A stretch of DNA of 40,386 nt from a virus (taxonomy: Duplodnaviria > Heunggongvirae > Uroviricota > Caudoviricetes): the IMG/VR virus record IMGVR_UViG_649989946_000002, one strand, 5' to 3'. The notes under the pieces are model-generated. The model did not search any database. It was not told the DNA's origin and saw nothing but the letters and a program-made list of their open reading frames with translations. Positions within the stretch are counted from its first letter, which is position 1; each line of letters opens with the position of its first letter. The translations under genes and the position numbers were made by a program. Positions 11,208 through 25,984 of the stretch are shown in pieces.

Positions 11208-11603
11208 TCACATTTCATAGGTAATGACATAAGTCAGATCGGCTGAACTCCACAGGCCCGCATCATCGTCGCGCCGGTAGTCATAGCCGCTGGCCACCAT
11301 ACTGGTGATCAAATCTGACAGTGCCGGGATATCGCTCATCACCGGATAAATCCGGGACTCCATCCACGAATCCAGCTCTGAATCCGGCACCTGAGCAGGC
11401 AGGAAAACTTCAATATGCAGCTCCGCCTGCCAGGTATCGCTGTCCAGCTCTTCGCCCGTGTATTCAGCGCCGGTGAGATAAACGGCAATTGCCGGAAAAT
11501 CCGCCTCATCAAAAACAGCGGGGCGACCATCAAAAAGCGTCGCCCCGGTGTCATGCTTCTCCAGTGCATCCAGTACGGCTGCACGGAGTTCAGTATGTTT
11601 CAT
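11208..11603 (-). CDS. U: Tail terminator protein U
   Basis: 131-aa ORF, lambda U length and position between Z and V. Confidence 0.9.
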   Translation of the reverse strand: MKHTELRAAVLDALEKHDTGATLFDGRPAVFDEADFPAIAVYLTGAEYTGEELDSDTWQAELHIEVFLPAQVPDSELDSWMESRIYPVMSDIPALSDLITSMVASGYDYRRDDDAGLWSSADLTYVITYEM

Positions 11604-12177
11604 CGCTTTATTACCATTCTCAGTTGATGCTGCAGCGCATAGCCCAGCTCTTTCGGAAGACGTTCACGCCGTATCCGTTCAATATTCTGTTTAAACGCCG
11701 TGGTCAGCGGCACCGCCATCGGGATTTTCACCACATCAATGGGGTAACGGTTTTTCCCGGCCACACGCTGCATGACATGCCACCGGCCATTTTTCAGTTG
11801 CTGAATAAACGCGCCGGGAATACGACGGTTTCCCACCACAAGCACGCTGCCGCCACCTTTCAGGGCTGAACGCTGCCCCTTTTTACGACGTCTGCGGCGG
11901 GAAAGGACAACCCGCGCGTTACCCAGCCTGATTACGGGCAAATCCCCCGGTTAACCCTGATTCTGGCCTGCGGATTTTTGACCGTGGCCCTTTTCAGCCT
12001 GGCCCTTTCCTTTACCAGTTTCCGGCGTACCTTTGTCTCACGGGCAACCTGTGCCACCGACTGCGATATCGCGGATGAAGCAACGCGGTTAATGGCCATT
12101 GCGGCGGCACCGGGCACCGCCGTTCTGCTGATACGGCTGAGGTTTTCAACGGCCTGCTCAAGACCTTTTATGGCCAT
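11600..12177 (-). pseudogene. Z: Tail completion protein Z, frame broken by 1-nt indel at a G5 run (forward C5 at 11944-11948)
   Basis: ORF 11932..12177 gives MAIKGLEQAVENLSRIS...ARIRVNRGICP*, ORF 11600..11941 gives (L)PVIRLGNARVVLSRRRRRKKGQ...; together 192 aa as in lambda Z. Confidence 0.8.
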
Positions 12178-12188
12178 ACATCCCCCTT

Positions 12189-12542
12189 TCAGCGGCGACG
12201 GTTAACGGCAGGCGGTACGCCCCGCCCAAGCCAGAGATGACAGCTTCCGCCATCATCCGGCGAAATCCGGTCTATCCAGAAGTTTTCCTCACCGATGGTC
12301 AGCGTGTCGCCGCGCCGCAGCTGCCGCACATCATCAGTCTGGACAAACAGGGACGGGCTGGAGCCTTCAACGCGCACGCCCTGTCCGGCATAGCTGATAT
12401 TTTCAGGGTCATCAAAAACACCACGTATCACAGCACCGGACTGCTCACCGGATGTCATGGTGGCTGACGTTCCCATGTACCCGCGTATCGTTTCATCGGC
12501 GCAGGCAATGGCAGCATCGAACAGGTTATCGAAATCAGCCAC
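12189..12542 (-). CDS. FII: Head-tail connector protein FII
   Basis: 117-aa ORF, lambda FII length and position. Confidence 0.9.
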   Translation of the reverse strand: MADFDNLFDAAIACADETIRGYMGTSATMTSGEQSGAVIRGVFDDPENISYAGQGVRVEGSSPSLFVQTDDVRQLRRGDTLTIGEENFWIDRISPDDGGSCHLWLGRGVPPAVNRRR

Positions 12543-12553
12543 AGCGCCTCCCG

Positions 12554-12949
12554 TTATTGCATTCTGGCCAGGCCGCGCTCTGTCATTTCAGCTGCCACAC
12601 CGGCAGAGACACGGAACGCCGTTCCCGGCAGCACAAATGCCACAGCCTCATCCCGCGTGGCGTGAAGTGCATCAGTATGCAGCGTCACCAGTGCCACAAC
12701 CGTGACCAGATCAGCCGTATCAGTCACGGTATCCGGCTGCGCTGATACAACCTCATTTTCATGTCCGGTCAGCACATTTTCCGGGCTGAGAGGGGTATCC
12801 TGACCGGCAGTGTCGCCCGTGTCATCAAGCTCTTCTTCCAGCTCTGCCACACGGAGCGCCAGTTCTTCTTTCGTCCCCGTCAGGCTGATATCACGGTTCA
12901 GTTGTTCACCCAGCGAGCGGAGACGGGCAATCAGTTCATCTTTCGTCAT
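12554..12949 (-). CDS. FI: DNA-packaging accessory protein FI
   Basis: ORF 12554..12988; start taken at MTKDELIARLRSLGEQLNRD (132 aa) as in lambda FI. Confidence 0.85.
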   Translation of the reverse strand: MTKDELIARLRSLGEQLNRDISLTGTKEELALRVAELEEELDDTGDTAGQDTPLSPENVLTGHENEVVSAQPDTVTDTADLVTVVALVTLHTDALHATRDEAVAFVLPGTAFRVSAGVAAEMTERGLARMQ

Positions 12950-12990
12950 GGACTCCTCCACAGAGAAACAATGGCCCCGAAGGGCCATGA

Positions 12991-14016
12991 TTACGCCAGT
13001 TGAACGGACACGAACTCATCAGGATCAGCCAGCAGCATCAGCGGTGCTGACTGAATCATGGTGAACTCTCGCGCCGGATCGCCGGATGTCTTCCAGTTTT
13101 TCGGATAACGGGGAGACGCATTAATACCCTCACTCAATGCATCCGCATCCTGAATACAGCCATAGGTGCGCAGACCGCGTGCATGAGTGTTACCCAGCAC
13201 CATCGTGTCGTCCGGCAGGAAGTTCTTTTTGACGCCGTTTTCCACGTACTGTCCGGAATACACGACGATGGCCACATCGCCATACATCCCCTTATAGGAC
13301 ACCGCTTTACCCAGGTCTTTCACCGCTGTCTCCAGCTCGGAATGAGAGCCGCGACGGGTATCCAGCTTCTCCTTGACGGCTTTGAAGGAACGGAACAGCG
13401 CCCAGCCTTTCGGATCAAACACGATGATATTCACCACGCCGCTGGCGTTCAGCGCGTAGGCTTCGATATCGTCGGTCGGGTCATACGTGGACTTGTCACG
13501 CTTGCTCCACTCCGTGCCGCCGGACTGCGTGATGTTGTTCGCCGCACTGCGGCCCATATCCACCTCAACCGGATCGAAGGCTTCACCGGTCATGGTGTAT
13601 TTGCCCTTGAGCACGGCAGAAACTGCCTGCATCTCTTCGACCTGAGCAATGGCCAGCTCTTCGTCACGCATGTTCTGCAGGATGATGCGACGGCGGCGGT
13701 AAGCCGGGTCCGCCAGATTCTGCGGATCTTCATCCGGCAGGCGATGCAGGGTCATCTGCGGATTCACTTCATGCTTGGGTTTGACATATCCCGGCGTAAA
13801 TTCAGAGGTGGAGCCGCCACGGGAACGGATAACCTCACCGGAAACAATCGGCGAAACGTACAGCGCCATGTTTACCAGTCCCGGAATTTGTGAGAGATAG
13901 ACTTTCTCCGTAGTGAAGGGATAGCTCTCACGGAAAAAGAGACGCAGAAACAGCGGATCAAACTTAAATTTCTGCTCATTTGCCGCCAGCAGCTGGGCGG
14001 TTGTGTACATCGACAT
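12991..14016 (-). CDS. E: Major capsid protein E
   Basis: ORF contains MSMYTTAQLLAANEQKFKFDPLFLRLFFRESYPF...; 341 aa from the MSMYT start. Confidence 0.95.
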   Translation of the reverse strand: MSMYTTAQLLAANEQKFKFDPLFLRLFFRESYPFTTEKVYLSQIPGLVNMALYVSPIVSGEVIRSRGGSTSEFTPGYVKPKHEVNPQMTLHRLPDEDPQNLADPAYRRRRIILQNMRDEELAIAQVEEMQAVSAVLKGKYTMTGEAFDPVEVDMGRSAANNITQSGGTEWSKRDKSTYDPTDDIEAYALNASGVVNIIVFDPKGWALFRSFKAVKEKLDTRRGSHSELETAVKDLGKAVSYKGMYGDVAIVVYSGQYVENGVKKNFLPDDTMVLGNTHARGLRTYGCIQDADALSEGINASPRYPKNWKTSGDPAREFTMIQSAPLMLLADPDEFVSVQLA

Positions 14017-14071
14017 AAAAAAATCCCGTAAAAAAAGCCGCACAGGCGGCCTTTAGTGATGAAGGGTAAAG

Positions 14072-14404
14072 TTAAACGATGCTGATTGCCGTTCCGGCAA
14101 ACGCGGTCCGTTTTTTCGTCTCGTCGCTGGCAGCCTCCGGCCAGAGCACATCCTCATAACGGAACGTGCCGGACTTGTAGAACGTCAGCGTGGTGCTGGT
14201 CTGGTCAGCATCAACCGCCAGAATGCCAACGGCAGCACCGTCGGTGGTGCCATCCCACGCAACCAGCTTACGGGTGGAGGTATCCAGCATCAGCGGGGTC
14301 ATTGCAGGCGCTTTCGCACTCAATCCGCCGGGCGCGGTTGCCGTATGTGCCGGGTCACTGTTGCCCAGCGGCTGGTAATGGGTAAAGGTTTCTTTGCTCG
14401 TCAT
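14072..14404 (-). CDS. D: Head decoration protein D
   Basis: [39 protein letters not shown]..., 110 aa from MTSKE. Confidence 0.9.
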   Translation of the reverse strand: MTSKETFTHYQPLGNSDPAHTATAPGGLSAKAPAMTPLMLDTSTRKLVAWDGTTDGAAVGILAVDADQTSTTLTFYKSGTFRYEDVLWPEAASDETKKRTAFAGTAISIV

Positions 14405-14413
14405 AAACATCCC

Positions 14414-15019
14414 TTACACTGGTGTGTTCAGCAAATCGTTAACGGCATCAGATGCCGGGTTACCTGCAGCCAGCGGTGCCGGTGCCCCCTGCATCAGACG
14501 ATCCAGCGCAGTGTCACTGCGCGCCTGTGCACTCTGTGGTGCAGCTGCCAGAATGCGGCGGGCCGTTTCCACGGTCATACCGGGGGTTTCGGCCAGCACG
14601 CGGGCCTGTTCTTCGCGTCCGTGAGCCTCCTCACAGTTGAGGATCCCCATAATGCGGCTGTTTTCTGCCGCAACCGCAGCGGTGATCTGCGCGTTCACGT
14701 CCGGCTGCGCCGCGCTGGCGTTTTCGCCCTCCGTCGCTGGCACCACGTCAGTAACGTCAGTCTGCGAAGCAGTGGCTGAAACAGTTGTTGATTGAGTCTC
14801 TTTGGTCATTCGCCCTCCTGAGAGACGGGATTTACGCGCATCCAGTGCATCACGCATGACGGTGATCGCATCGGTGCTGTTAACAAGTTCATCAGCCAGT
14901 CCGGCATCAATGGCCTCCTGACCGCTGTACACTGCAGCCTCGGTATCCAGCACAGCCTGCACAGACAGGCCGGTATATGCCGACACCTTCTGTGCAAACA
15001 TCTGGCGGGTTGCGTCCAT
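14414..15019 (-). CDS. Nu3: Scaffolding protein Nu3 (in-frame C-terminal 201 codons of C)
   Basis: Internal Met MDATRQMFAQ... 201 codons before the C stop, as in lambda where nu3 shares the 3' end of C. Confidence 0.65.
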   Translation of the reverse strand: MDATRQMFAQKVSAYTGLSVQAVLDTEAAVYSGQEAIDAGLADELVNSTDAITVMRDALDARKSRLSGGRMTKETQSTTVSATASQTDVTDVVPATEGENASAAQPDVNAQITAAVAAENSRIMGILNCEEAHGREEQARVLAETPGMTVETARRILAAAPQSAQARSDTALDRLMQGAPAPLAAGNPASDAVNDLLNTPV

Positions 15020-15713
15020 CCGGGACTGCAGTGTCTCCCGGACGTCATCCGGAAGATGGCTGTAGGGATTGCCATCCACCTTATGGCTGCCGCTGTAAAT
15101 CAGCGTGATTTCCACACCCTGTTTCTCCAGGGCAGCACCGTAATTACTGTGAGCCATCATGACGCCGATGGAGCCTGTCCGGGCGGTCTGCGTGACCAGA
15201 CGCCGGGAGGCGGCACTGGCAAGCAGCTGACCTGCACTGCAGTTCATGTCGTTGGCCAGCGCCCATACCGGTTTTATGTCACGCACACGGGCGATGATGT
15301 CAGCGCAGTCAAATGCCCCCGCCACCATTCCGCCTGGCGTGTCCATATCGAGCAGAATGCCGTCCACCATCGGGTCGCTGGCAGCCTGTTGCAGACGGGC
15401 GATAATGCCGTTGTAACCGGTCATCCCCGAGTACGGCTGCAGCGCCCGCGTCCGGCTGACCAGCGTGCCGGACACCGGCAGCACGGCGATGCCGTTCATG
15501 ACCTGATAACTGCGGGCCTGTCGTGGTCCGTCATCATCACCGGATAACGCCAGCGTCGCGAGTGCCTCCTGGGCAGTCAGGCTGTCGCCGGACACCGCAT
15601 CCGTCAGGCGGCTGATCCCAAGCTGGCCTGCAAGCGCACAAAAGAAAACCCGCGCATAGGCGGGTTCAAGCATCAGCGGCTCATTAAAAGCCATACTGGC
15701 AATATGCGGGAGA

Positions 15714-15733
<20 letters not shown>
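14414..15733 (-). CDS. C: Head maturation protease / scaffold C (GTG start)
   Basis: 439 aa from GTG at 15733 (VTAELRNLPHIASMAFNEPLMLEPAYARVFF...), matching lambda C as recalled. Confidence 0.9.
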
Positions 15734-19414
<3,681 letters not shown>

Positions 19415-19440
<26 letters not shown>

Positions 19441-19960
19441 TCAGCAACCCCGGTATCAGTTCATCCAGCGCGGCTGCTTTGTTCATGGCTTTGATGATAT
19501 CCCGTTTCAGGAAATCAACATGTCGGTTTTCCAGTTCCGGAAAACGCCGCTGCACCGACAGGGGGATCCCGTCGAGAATACTGGCAATTTCACCTGCGAT
19601 CCGCGACAGCACGAAAGTACAGAATGCGGTTTCCACCACTTCAGTGGAGTCTCTGGCATTTTTCAGCTCCTGTGCGTCGGCCTGCGCACGCGTAAGTCGA
19701 TGGCGTTCGTACTCAATAGTCCCTGGCTGGAGATCTGTCTCGCTGGCCTGCCGCAGTTCTTCAACTTCCCGGCGCAGCTTTTCGTTCTCAATTTCAGCAT
19801 CCCTTTCGGCATACCATCTTATAACGGCGGCAGAGTCATAAAGCACCTCATTACCCTTGCCACCGCCTCGCAGAACGGGCATTCCCTGTTCCTGCCAGTT
19901 CTGAATGGTACGGATACTCGCACCGAAAATGTCAGCCAGCTGCTTTTTGTTGACTTCCAT
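19415..19960 (-). CDS. Nu1: Terminase small subunit Nu1
   Basis: 181-aa ORF MEVNKKQLADIFGASIRTIQNWQEQGMPVLRGGGKGNEVLYDSAAVI... (winged HTH). Confidence 0.95.
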
Positions 19961-20137
19961 TGTTCATTCCACGGCCAAAAACAGAGAAAGGAAACGACAG
20001 AGGCCCAAAAGCTCGTTTTCAGCACCTGTCGTTTCCTTTCTTTTCAGGGGGTATTTTAAATAAAAACATTAAGTTACGACGAAGAAGAACGGAAATGCCT
20101 TAAACCGGAAAATTTTCATAAATAGCGAAAACCCGCG

Positions 20138-20149
20138 AGGTCGCCGCCC
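20138..20149. other. cos site: 12-nt cohesive-end sequence (cosN core); cosB lies between here and Nu1
   Basis: Forward AGGTCGCCGCCC is the reverse complement of the lambda cohesive end GGGCGGCGACCT; flanked by CGCGGGTTTTCGCTATTTATGAAAATTTTCCGGTTTAAGGC in reverse complement. Confidence 0.85.
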
Positions 20150-20348
20150 CGTAACCTGTCGGATCGCCGGAAAGGACCCGCAAAATGATAATAATTATCA
20201 TCTACATGTCACAACGTGCATCTACGCCATCAAACCACGTCAAATAATCAATTATGACGCAGGTATCGTATTAATTGATCTGCATCAACTTAACGTAAAA
20301 ACAACTTCAGACAATACAAATCAGCGACACTGAATACAGGGCAACCTC

Positions 20349-20543
20349 ATGTCAACGAAGAACAGAACCCGCAGAACAACAACCCGCAACATCCGCTTTC
20401 CTAACCAAATGATTGAACAAATTAACATCGCTCTTGATCAAAAAGGGTCCGGGAATTTCTCAGCCTGGGTCATTGAAGCCTGCCGCCGGAGACTAACGTC
20501 AGAAAAGAGAGCATATACATCAATCCAGAGTGATGATGGATGA
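20349..20543 (+). CDS. YnfO/YlcI-like small protein (DUF3950 family)
   Basis: 64-aa ORF MSTKNRTRRTTTRNIRFPNQMIEQINIALDQKGSGNFSAWVIEACRRRL...; position just inside cos as in lambda/Qin right ends. Confidence 0.75.
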   Translation: MSTKNRTRRTTTRNIRFPNQMIEQINIALDQKGSGNFSAWVIEACRRRLTSEKRAYTSIQSDDG

Positions 20544-20928
20544 ACATCCCGGTTTCTTGACCTTCCCTCCCTCCCCGCACAGAACTGGCGAGCGTGAGGG
20601 ACCAATATGTGAGCCATAAATGCCTTATCTTCAGAAATGTAGTTGGTATCCGAATAGAACGATATTGTAAATTCACCTAAATACGAGGCATTGCTGTAGT
20701 TGAATTGCAGTACTGTATTAGCCTGACAGTGACAGAATACGATATTGACTCTGTCACTTGTGAAATGGTCAGAATGGTTAGCAGTTATGGTGATCAGTCA
20801 ACCACCAGGGAATAATCCTTCGTATTCTTATCGTGCTTTACTAACGCGGCCTCAATTGCCCTGTGATCTTACCCAGCAATAGTGGACACGCGGCTAAGTG
20901 AGTAAACTCTCAGTCAGAGGTGACTCAC

Positions 20929-21228
20929 ATGACAAAAACAGTATCAACCAGTAAAAAACCCCGTAAACAGCATTCGCCTGAATTTCGCAGTGAAGCCCTG
21001 AAGCTTGCTGAACGCATCGGTGTTACTGCCGCAGCCCGTGAACTCAGCCTGTATGAATCACAACTCTACAACTGGCGCAGTAAACAGCAAAATCAGCAGA
21101 CGTCTTCTGAACGTGAACTGGAGATGTCTACCGAGATTGCACGTCTCAAACGCCAGCTGGCAGAACGGGATGAAGAGCTGGCTATCCTCCAAAAGGCCGC
21201 GACATACTTCGCGAAGCGCCTGAAATGA
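20929..21228 (+). CDS. insE: IS3 OrfA (InsE-like, HTH/leucine zipper)
   Basis: [54 protein letters not shown]... Confidence 0.9.
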
Positions 21229-22091
21229 AGTATGTCTTTATTGAAAAACATCAGGCTGAGTTCAGCATCAAAGCAATGTGCCGCGTGCTCCGGGTGGCCC
21301 GCAGCGGCTGGTATACGTGGTGTCAGCGGCGGACAAGGATAAGCACGCGTCAGCAGTTCCGCCAACACTGCGACAGCGTTGTCCTCGCGGCTTTTACCCG
21401 GTCAAAACAGCGTTACGGTGCCCCACGCCTGACGGATGAACTGCGTGCTCAGGGTTACCCCTTTAACGTAAAAACCGTGGCGGCAAGCCTGCGCCGTCAG
21501 GGACTGAGGGCAAAGGCCTCCCGGAAGTTCAGCCCGGTCAGCTACCGCGCACACGGCCTGCCTGTGTCAGAAAATCTGTTGGAGCAGGATTTTTACGCCA
21601 GTGGCCCGAACCAGAAGTGGGCAGGAGACATCACGTACTTACGTACAGATGAAGGCTGGCTGTATCTGGCAGTGGTCATTGACCTGTGGTCACGTGCCGT
21701 TATTGGCTGGTCAATGTCGCCACGCATGACGGCGCAACTGGCCTGCGATGCCCTGCAGATGGCGCTGTGGCGGCGTAAGAGGCCCCGGAACGTTATCGTT
21801 CACACGGACCGTGGAGGCCAGTACTGTTCAGCAGATTATCAGGCGCAACTGAAGCGGCATAATCTGCGTGGAAGTATGAGCGCAAAAGGTTGCTGCTACG
21901 ATAATGCCTGCGTGGAAAGCTTCTTTCATTCGCTGAAAGTGGAATGTATCCATGGAGAACACTTTATCAGCCGGGAAATAATGCGGGCAACGGTGTTTAA
22001 TTATATCGAATGTGATTACAATCGGTGGCGGCGGCACAGTTGGTGTGGCGGCCTCAGTCCGGAACAATTTGAAAACAAGAACCTCGCTTAG
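21225..22091 (+). CDS. insF: IS3 OrfB (InsF-like DDE transposase; made as OrfAB by -1 frameshift)
   Basis: 288-aa ORF overlapping orfA in the -1 frame; DDE integrase-core motifs (WAGDITYL..., HTDRGGQY..., [17 protein letters not shown]). Confidence 0.9.
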
Positions 22092-22556
22092 GCCTGTGTC
22101 CATATTACGTGGGTAGGATCACTGAATGCTTCCAGAGATACTTGATGTTCTATACATGCAATTACAACATCCGGGTAACCCATCGAAATGGTGCTATTAA
22201 GCATAGTTTTTACACGAACCTGCTCCTGGGAGGGGGCATCAATGTATTGATCTTTATGCATTTTGTCGCTCCATTCGTTTGCTCTTCACTTGCGGCTAAA
22301 AATATAACGTCAAATCACTCAGCATGAAAGAGTGAAAGTTTCAGCGCGTTTCCCTTACATAATCTGTCGTTTGTATTCTCTTCAGGCATACCGGAAAGAC
22401 TAGGTATTGTCACACAACCAATACCATCGACAATCGAGATTTATATCTATTCGGTAATGTTTAAATATAACAAAACCCCGTAAAAACGAGGTTTATGGGT
22501 AATTTGTATTGTTGAATAGCATCTGATGAGAAATTGATGCTAATACTATAAACATA

Positions 22557-22733
22557 CTAGATTAAATCAATCTTGATATCATAGCTTTCAAGACCAGTCA
22601 TTTTTTCCCGTGCAGTAAACTGGATACTGGTAACTTCTTTCCCGGTCTTTTTCTTAAGCTCAATGATTTTTTTTGTTATATATTCAGAAATATCTGCTTC
22701 TGTTTTTGTTTTTAACTCTTCAATGTTCATCAT
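22557..22733 (-). CDS. gnsB: GnsB-like small protein (GnsA/GnsB family)
   Basis: MMNIEELKTKTEADISEYITKKIIELKKKTGKEVTSIQFTAREKMTGLESYDIKIDLI with AGAGGA RBS. Confidence 0.75.
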   Translation of the reverse strand: MMNIEELKTKTEADISEYITKKIIELKKKTGKEVTSIQFTAREKMTGLESYDIKIDLI

Positions 22734-22902
22734 TTCCTCTTTTAGTCTGTTATGACTTTCTTGGTACACAGTAGTGTCAATTATATGGAGCAAACGTATA
22801 AAAGATAAGATGAAACATCGCAATAATCAACATACGACGGTCTAAATTTCACACAAACAGATAAAGATGATTATCATTTATTATCAATGCATTAGAATCA
22901 AA

Positions 22903-23058
22903 TCAATTCAAGAGTCTCATTGCTGCTTCCAGAATTTCTTCTGAAGTTACATGTCGATCCGCTGCTACATAAATGACTTTATGATCTCCGGTCAGAGATG
23001 GAAACCCTGCAGCCATTACAGTGAGGTGTGTTGTTTCGCCATTTGGGTATTCACGCAT
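22903..23058 (-). CDS. ynfN: YnfN-like small protein (51 aa)
   Basis: MREYPNGETTHLTVMAAGFPSLTGDHKVIYVAADRHVTSEEILEAAMRLLN; position between gnsB and cspI as in Qin; start inferred. Confidence 0.5.
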   Translation of the reverse strand: MREYPNGETTHLTVMAAGFPSLTGDHKVIYVAADRHVTSEEILEAAMRLLN

Positions 23059-23173
23059 GATGGTGTTAACTCCGGTCATCACTGGCACTACCATTGCTGG
23101 TTCAGAGTTAAAAAAACTATTATTTTTTCATATGTTACCGTAATATGTGAGTATCCATCGACTAGACACTAAG

Positions 23174-23196
23174 CAAAAAAGCTCCCGAAGGAGCCT
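23174..23196 (-). terminator. Rho-independent terminator downstream of cspI
   Basis: Minus strand GGCTCC-TTCG-GGAGC followed by TTTTTTGC. Confidence 0.5.
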
Positions 23197-23401
23197 TCAT
23201 TTTCACTTTCTTAAATCTAACGACAGATGGCTAACATTTAAGTATTGTGAAATATTATCAAATGTAATCATCATTGATTTACAAAAGATACATTTTGCCC
23301 CGAAAGGATTTCTGTCAGAAACATCAAAAGATGATGTTCTATACTGAGAACCATGGCAACACGGGCATCTAAAGTGAATATGGTTTGTAATATTTTCTAC
23401 C

Positions 23402-23614
23402 TCAAAGTGCCACTACATGAACAGCTGCAGGGCCTTTAGGTCCGTTCTCAATACCAAATTCGACTTCCTGATTCTCAGTTAACGTTTTGAAATCGTTGCT
23501 CTGAATAGCTGAGAAATGCACAAACACATCTTTGCTACCATCTTTCGGCGTGATGAAACCAAAACCTTTTTCAGGGTTAAACCATTTCACTAAACCAGTC
23601 ATTTTGTTAGACAT
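23402..23614 (-). CDS. cspI: Cold-shock protein, CspI-like
   Basis: 70-aa [41 protein letters not shown]... with RNP1/RNP2 motifs. Confidence 0.9.
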   Translation of the reverse strand: MSNKMTGLVKWFNPEKGFGFITPKDGSKDVFVHFSAIQSNDFKTLTENQEVEFGIENGPKGPAAVHVVAL

Positions 23615-23977
23615 TATTATTACCTTTTGAAGAAGTTAGCCCTTGGGCAGAATGGTCCGAAAAAAAATATCAGAGAGAAAAACCAACAAGGAAATCTCAA
23701 GAGGTACAAATAATAAAATTATAACAATGACTGCTTCAGATAATTTTGTAACAAACCAGAACACCATTAACGCATGATTAACCAACCATAGCAAGGATTA
23801 CTTTTGTAAAGAAAAACACACGAATGAAACAATAGCTTTATTTATTAATAAAACGTGTCATTCTGTCTAATGACCTTTTATCTTACCCTTAAGATTTCAA
23901 GGATTTTGACTCATGGAAGAGTCCTTTTTATTTAAATTTCACATTCAGCGCTAAAAATAATCCGATTTAATATTAAT

Positions 23978-24470
<493 letters not shown>

Positions 24471-24474
<4 letters not shown>

Positions 24475-25004
24475 TGTTCTATCCCCCAGCAGGTTAATGC
24501 ACTCTCCTGGTCACGACGAATAACCTGACCGTAACAATTATTTGAACGAATGCGGCAATCACGTCCACCGTCCTTTATCCACCAGCGAATCGCCTCGCAT
24601 GCGCCTTTACGATCACCGGCATTAAGCCGCTTATAAAACGTCGACGGAAAACACTTACCAGGGCCAATGTTATAGGGACAGAATGACGCGATACCGGCTT
24701 TCTGTGGCTCGGTCAGTGGAACTTTTATATTGCGCTCCACCCATGCCAGCGCCTTATCCCGCTCAATGGCGTTAACCTGGGCGCATTTTTCCTTCGACAG
24801 CTTCATTTCCGGTATGACGGGCTTACCATCCACCATTGTGGCACCACGACAGATGGTCCATATACCGGAACCATCGCGGTATGCCGTAGTGTGGTTACCT
24901 TCTTTTTCATCCAAAAACTGGTCGAGAATATCAGGCGCAGGCGCACCGACGGCAATCAGTGCCAGAACAGCAGCCGACAGGCCGTATCTGATTTTAGTAT
25001 TCAT
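24471..25004 (-). CDS. SAR endolysin (lysozyme with signal-arrest-release N-terminus), RrrQ/R21-like
   Basis: 177-aa ORF MNTKIRYGLSAAVLALIAVGAPAPDILDQFLDEKEGNHTTAYRDGSGIWTICRGAT... (T4-lysozyme-like catalytic E-8aa-D-5aa-T region after a weakly hydrophobic SAR helix). Confidence 0.9.
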
Positions 25005-25059
25005 GGATATTTATCAGGATGCTACCAATGAAAGATACTGGAAAGCCAACTGCAAAAAG

Positions 25060-25374
25060 CTAACAACCCGTAATCGAGTTATCTGAACTGTTAATTTTTA
25101 TGGTATACCGAGCCTCTGAACAGGGTCGCGTTTCTGGCAACAGCTCGTCCCCTTCACATAACCCGGCAGCAACATCCAGGAAGACCTGTCTGATGCTCCT
25201 TCTGGCTGCTGCCTCATAAAACTCCAGCGCGGCACCTTCAACATGGTCCAGCGAGATGTCCAGGTCAAAAATTTCACCGTCAAAGCGTTCTTTGTCCTGT
25301 AAGGCTACAGTTACCGTAACTTTATTCTCAAAATTACGGACTCCTTTCACAACCAGTTCATAGTCTTGAGTCAT
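25060..25374 (-). CDS. YdfR-like protein (DUF1327), sited between holin and endolysin
   Basis: 104-aa ORF MTQDYELVVKGVRNFENKVTVTVALQDKERFDGEIFDLDISLDHVEGAALEFYEAAARR... Confidence 0.7.
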   Translation of the reverse strand: MTQDYELVVKGVRNFENKVTVTVALQDKERFDGEIFDLDISLDHVEGAALEFYEAAARRSIRQVFLDVAAGLCEGDELLPETRPCSEARYTIKINSSDNSITGC

Positions 25375-25378
25375 TGGA

Positions 25379-25594
25379 TTACTCTCCTCTCGCAGCCTTA
25401 CGCCTGTCTTCTTTAATCTTGAAATAAAGATTTGTCAGATACGTCAGCAGGCCAAAAACCAGGCTACCCAGCACACCGATTGCAGCCCACTGTGACGGAG
25501 TTACTTTATCGAGTAACTGCAATGCCCAGAAACCAGCATTACCCGCCGATGTGCCATAGGCAACACCTGTTGTTAACTTATCCATTGATTTCAT
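25379..25594 (-). CDS. Phage-21-type pinholin (S21/EssQ-like) with dual-start motif MKSM
   Basis: [71 protein letters not shown]; two TM segments, charged C-terminus; ORF track extends it to 25669. Confidence 0.85.
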   Translation of the reverse strand: MKSMDKLTTGVAYGTSAGNAGFWALQLLDKVTPSQWAAIGVLGSLVFGLLTYLTNLYFKIKEDRRKAARGE

Positions 25595-25810
25595 ATCCTC
25601 ACCCCGATGTACACGGATGGTGCAATATGTTTGAAAAGATCGGAGTCTACGGGGTAGTTTTGACAGCACACGTTGTTCTCAACGGCGCTAAAAAAACATA
25701 CACATTAAAAATGTGGGTAATTATTTTGAAAGAAAGTCATATATAAAATAATAATACGAGAAATGTTTTCATATTTAGTGTACTGTATACGGCCATTTAT
25801 ACAGGAAAAG

Positions 25811-25984
25811 CCTATGTCAGAACGTAAAAACTCAAAATCACGCCGTAATTATCTCGTTAAATGTTCCTGCCCAAACTGCACCCAAGAGTCAGAACACAGT
25901 TTTTCAAGAGTACAAAAAGGTGCCCTTTTGATCTGCCCTCATTGCAACAAAGTATTCCAGACAAATCTTAAAGCTGTAGCCTGA
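25811..25984 (+). CDS. Small zinc-ribbon protein (CxxC...CxxC), possibly YnfU-like
   Basis: MSERKNSKSRRNYLVKCSCPNCTQESEHSFSRVQKGALLICPHCNKVFQTNLKAVA (56 aa); followed by a hairpin terminator. Confidence 0.55.
   Translation, partial: PMSERKNSKSRRNYLVKCSCPNCTQESEHSFSRVQKGALLICPHCNKVFQTNLKAVA

Larger units (their letters stand above)
20864..22121 (+). mobile_element. IS3 insertion sequence (1258 bp) with 3-bp target-site duplication CTG (20861-20863 and 22122-22124)
   Basis: Ends TGATCTTACCCAGCAATAGTGGACACG... and ...CGTGGGTAGGATCA form the terminal inverted repeats; identical CTG flanks both ends; contains orfA/orfB. Confidence 0.9.
20797..22261 (-). pseudogene. Small conserved lambdoid right-end ORF split by the IS3 insertion (intact form would be 67 codons)
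   Basis: ATG at 22261 with GGAG 7 nt upstream; [46 protein letters not shown] runs into IS3; removing IS3 plus one CTG copy continues RAIEAALVKHDKNTEGLFPGG*. Confidence 0.5.

Noticed and set aside
13183-15547. Plus-strand ORFs 13183..13893, 14345..14779 and 15056..15547
   Set aside because: Antisense to the capsid genes E, D and C, whose lambda identity is clear.
22109-22327. 72-aa plus-strand ORF starting inside the IS3 right end
   Set aside because: Starts within the IS3 terminal repeat and runs antisense to the interrupted small ORF; no independent support.
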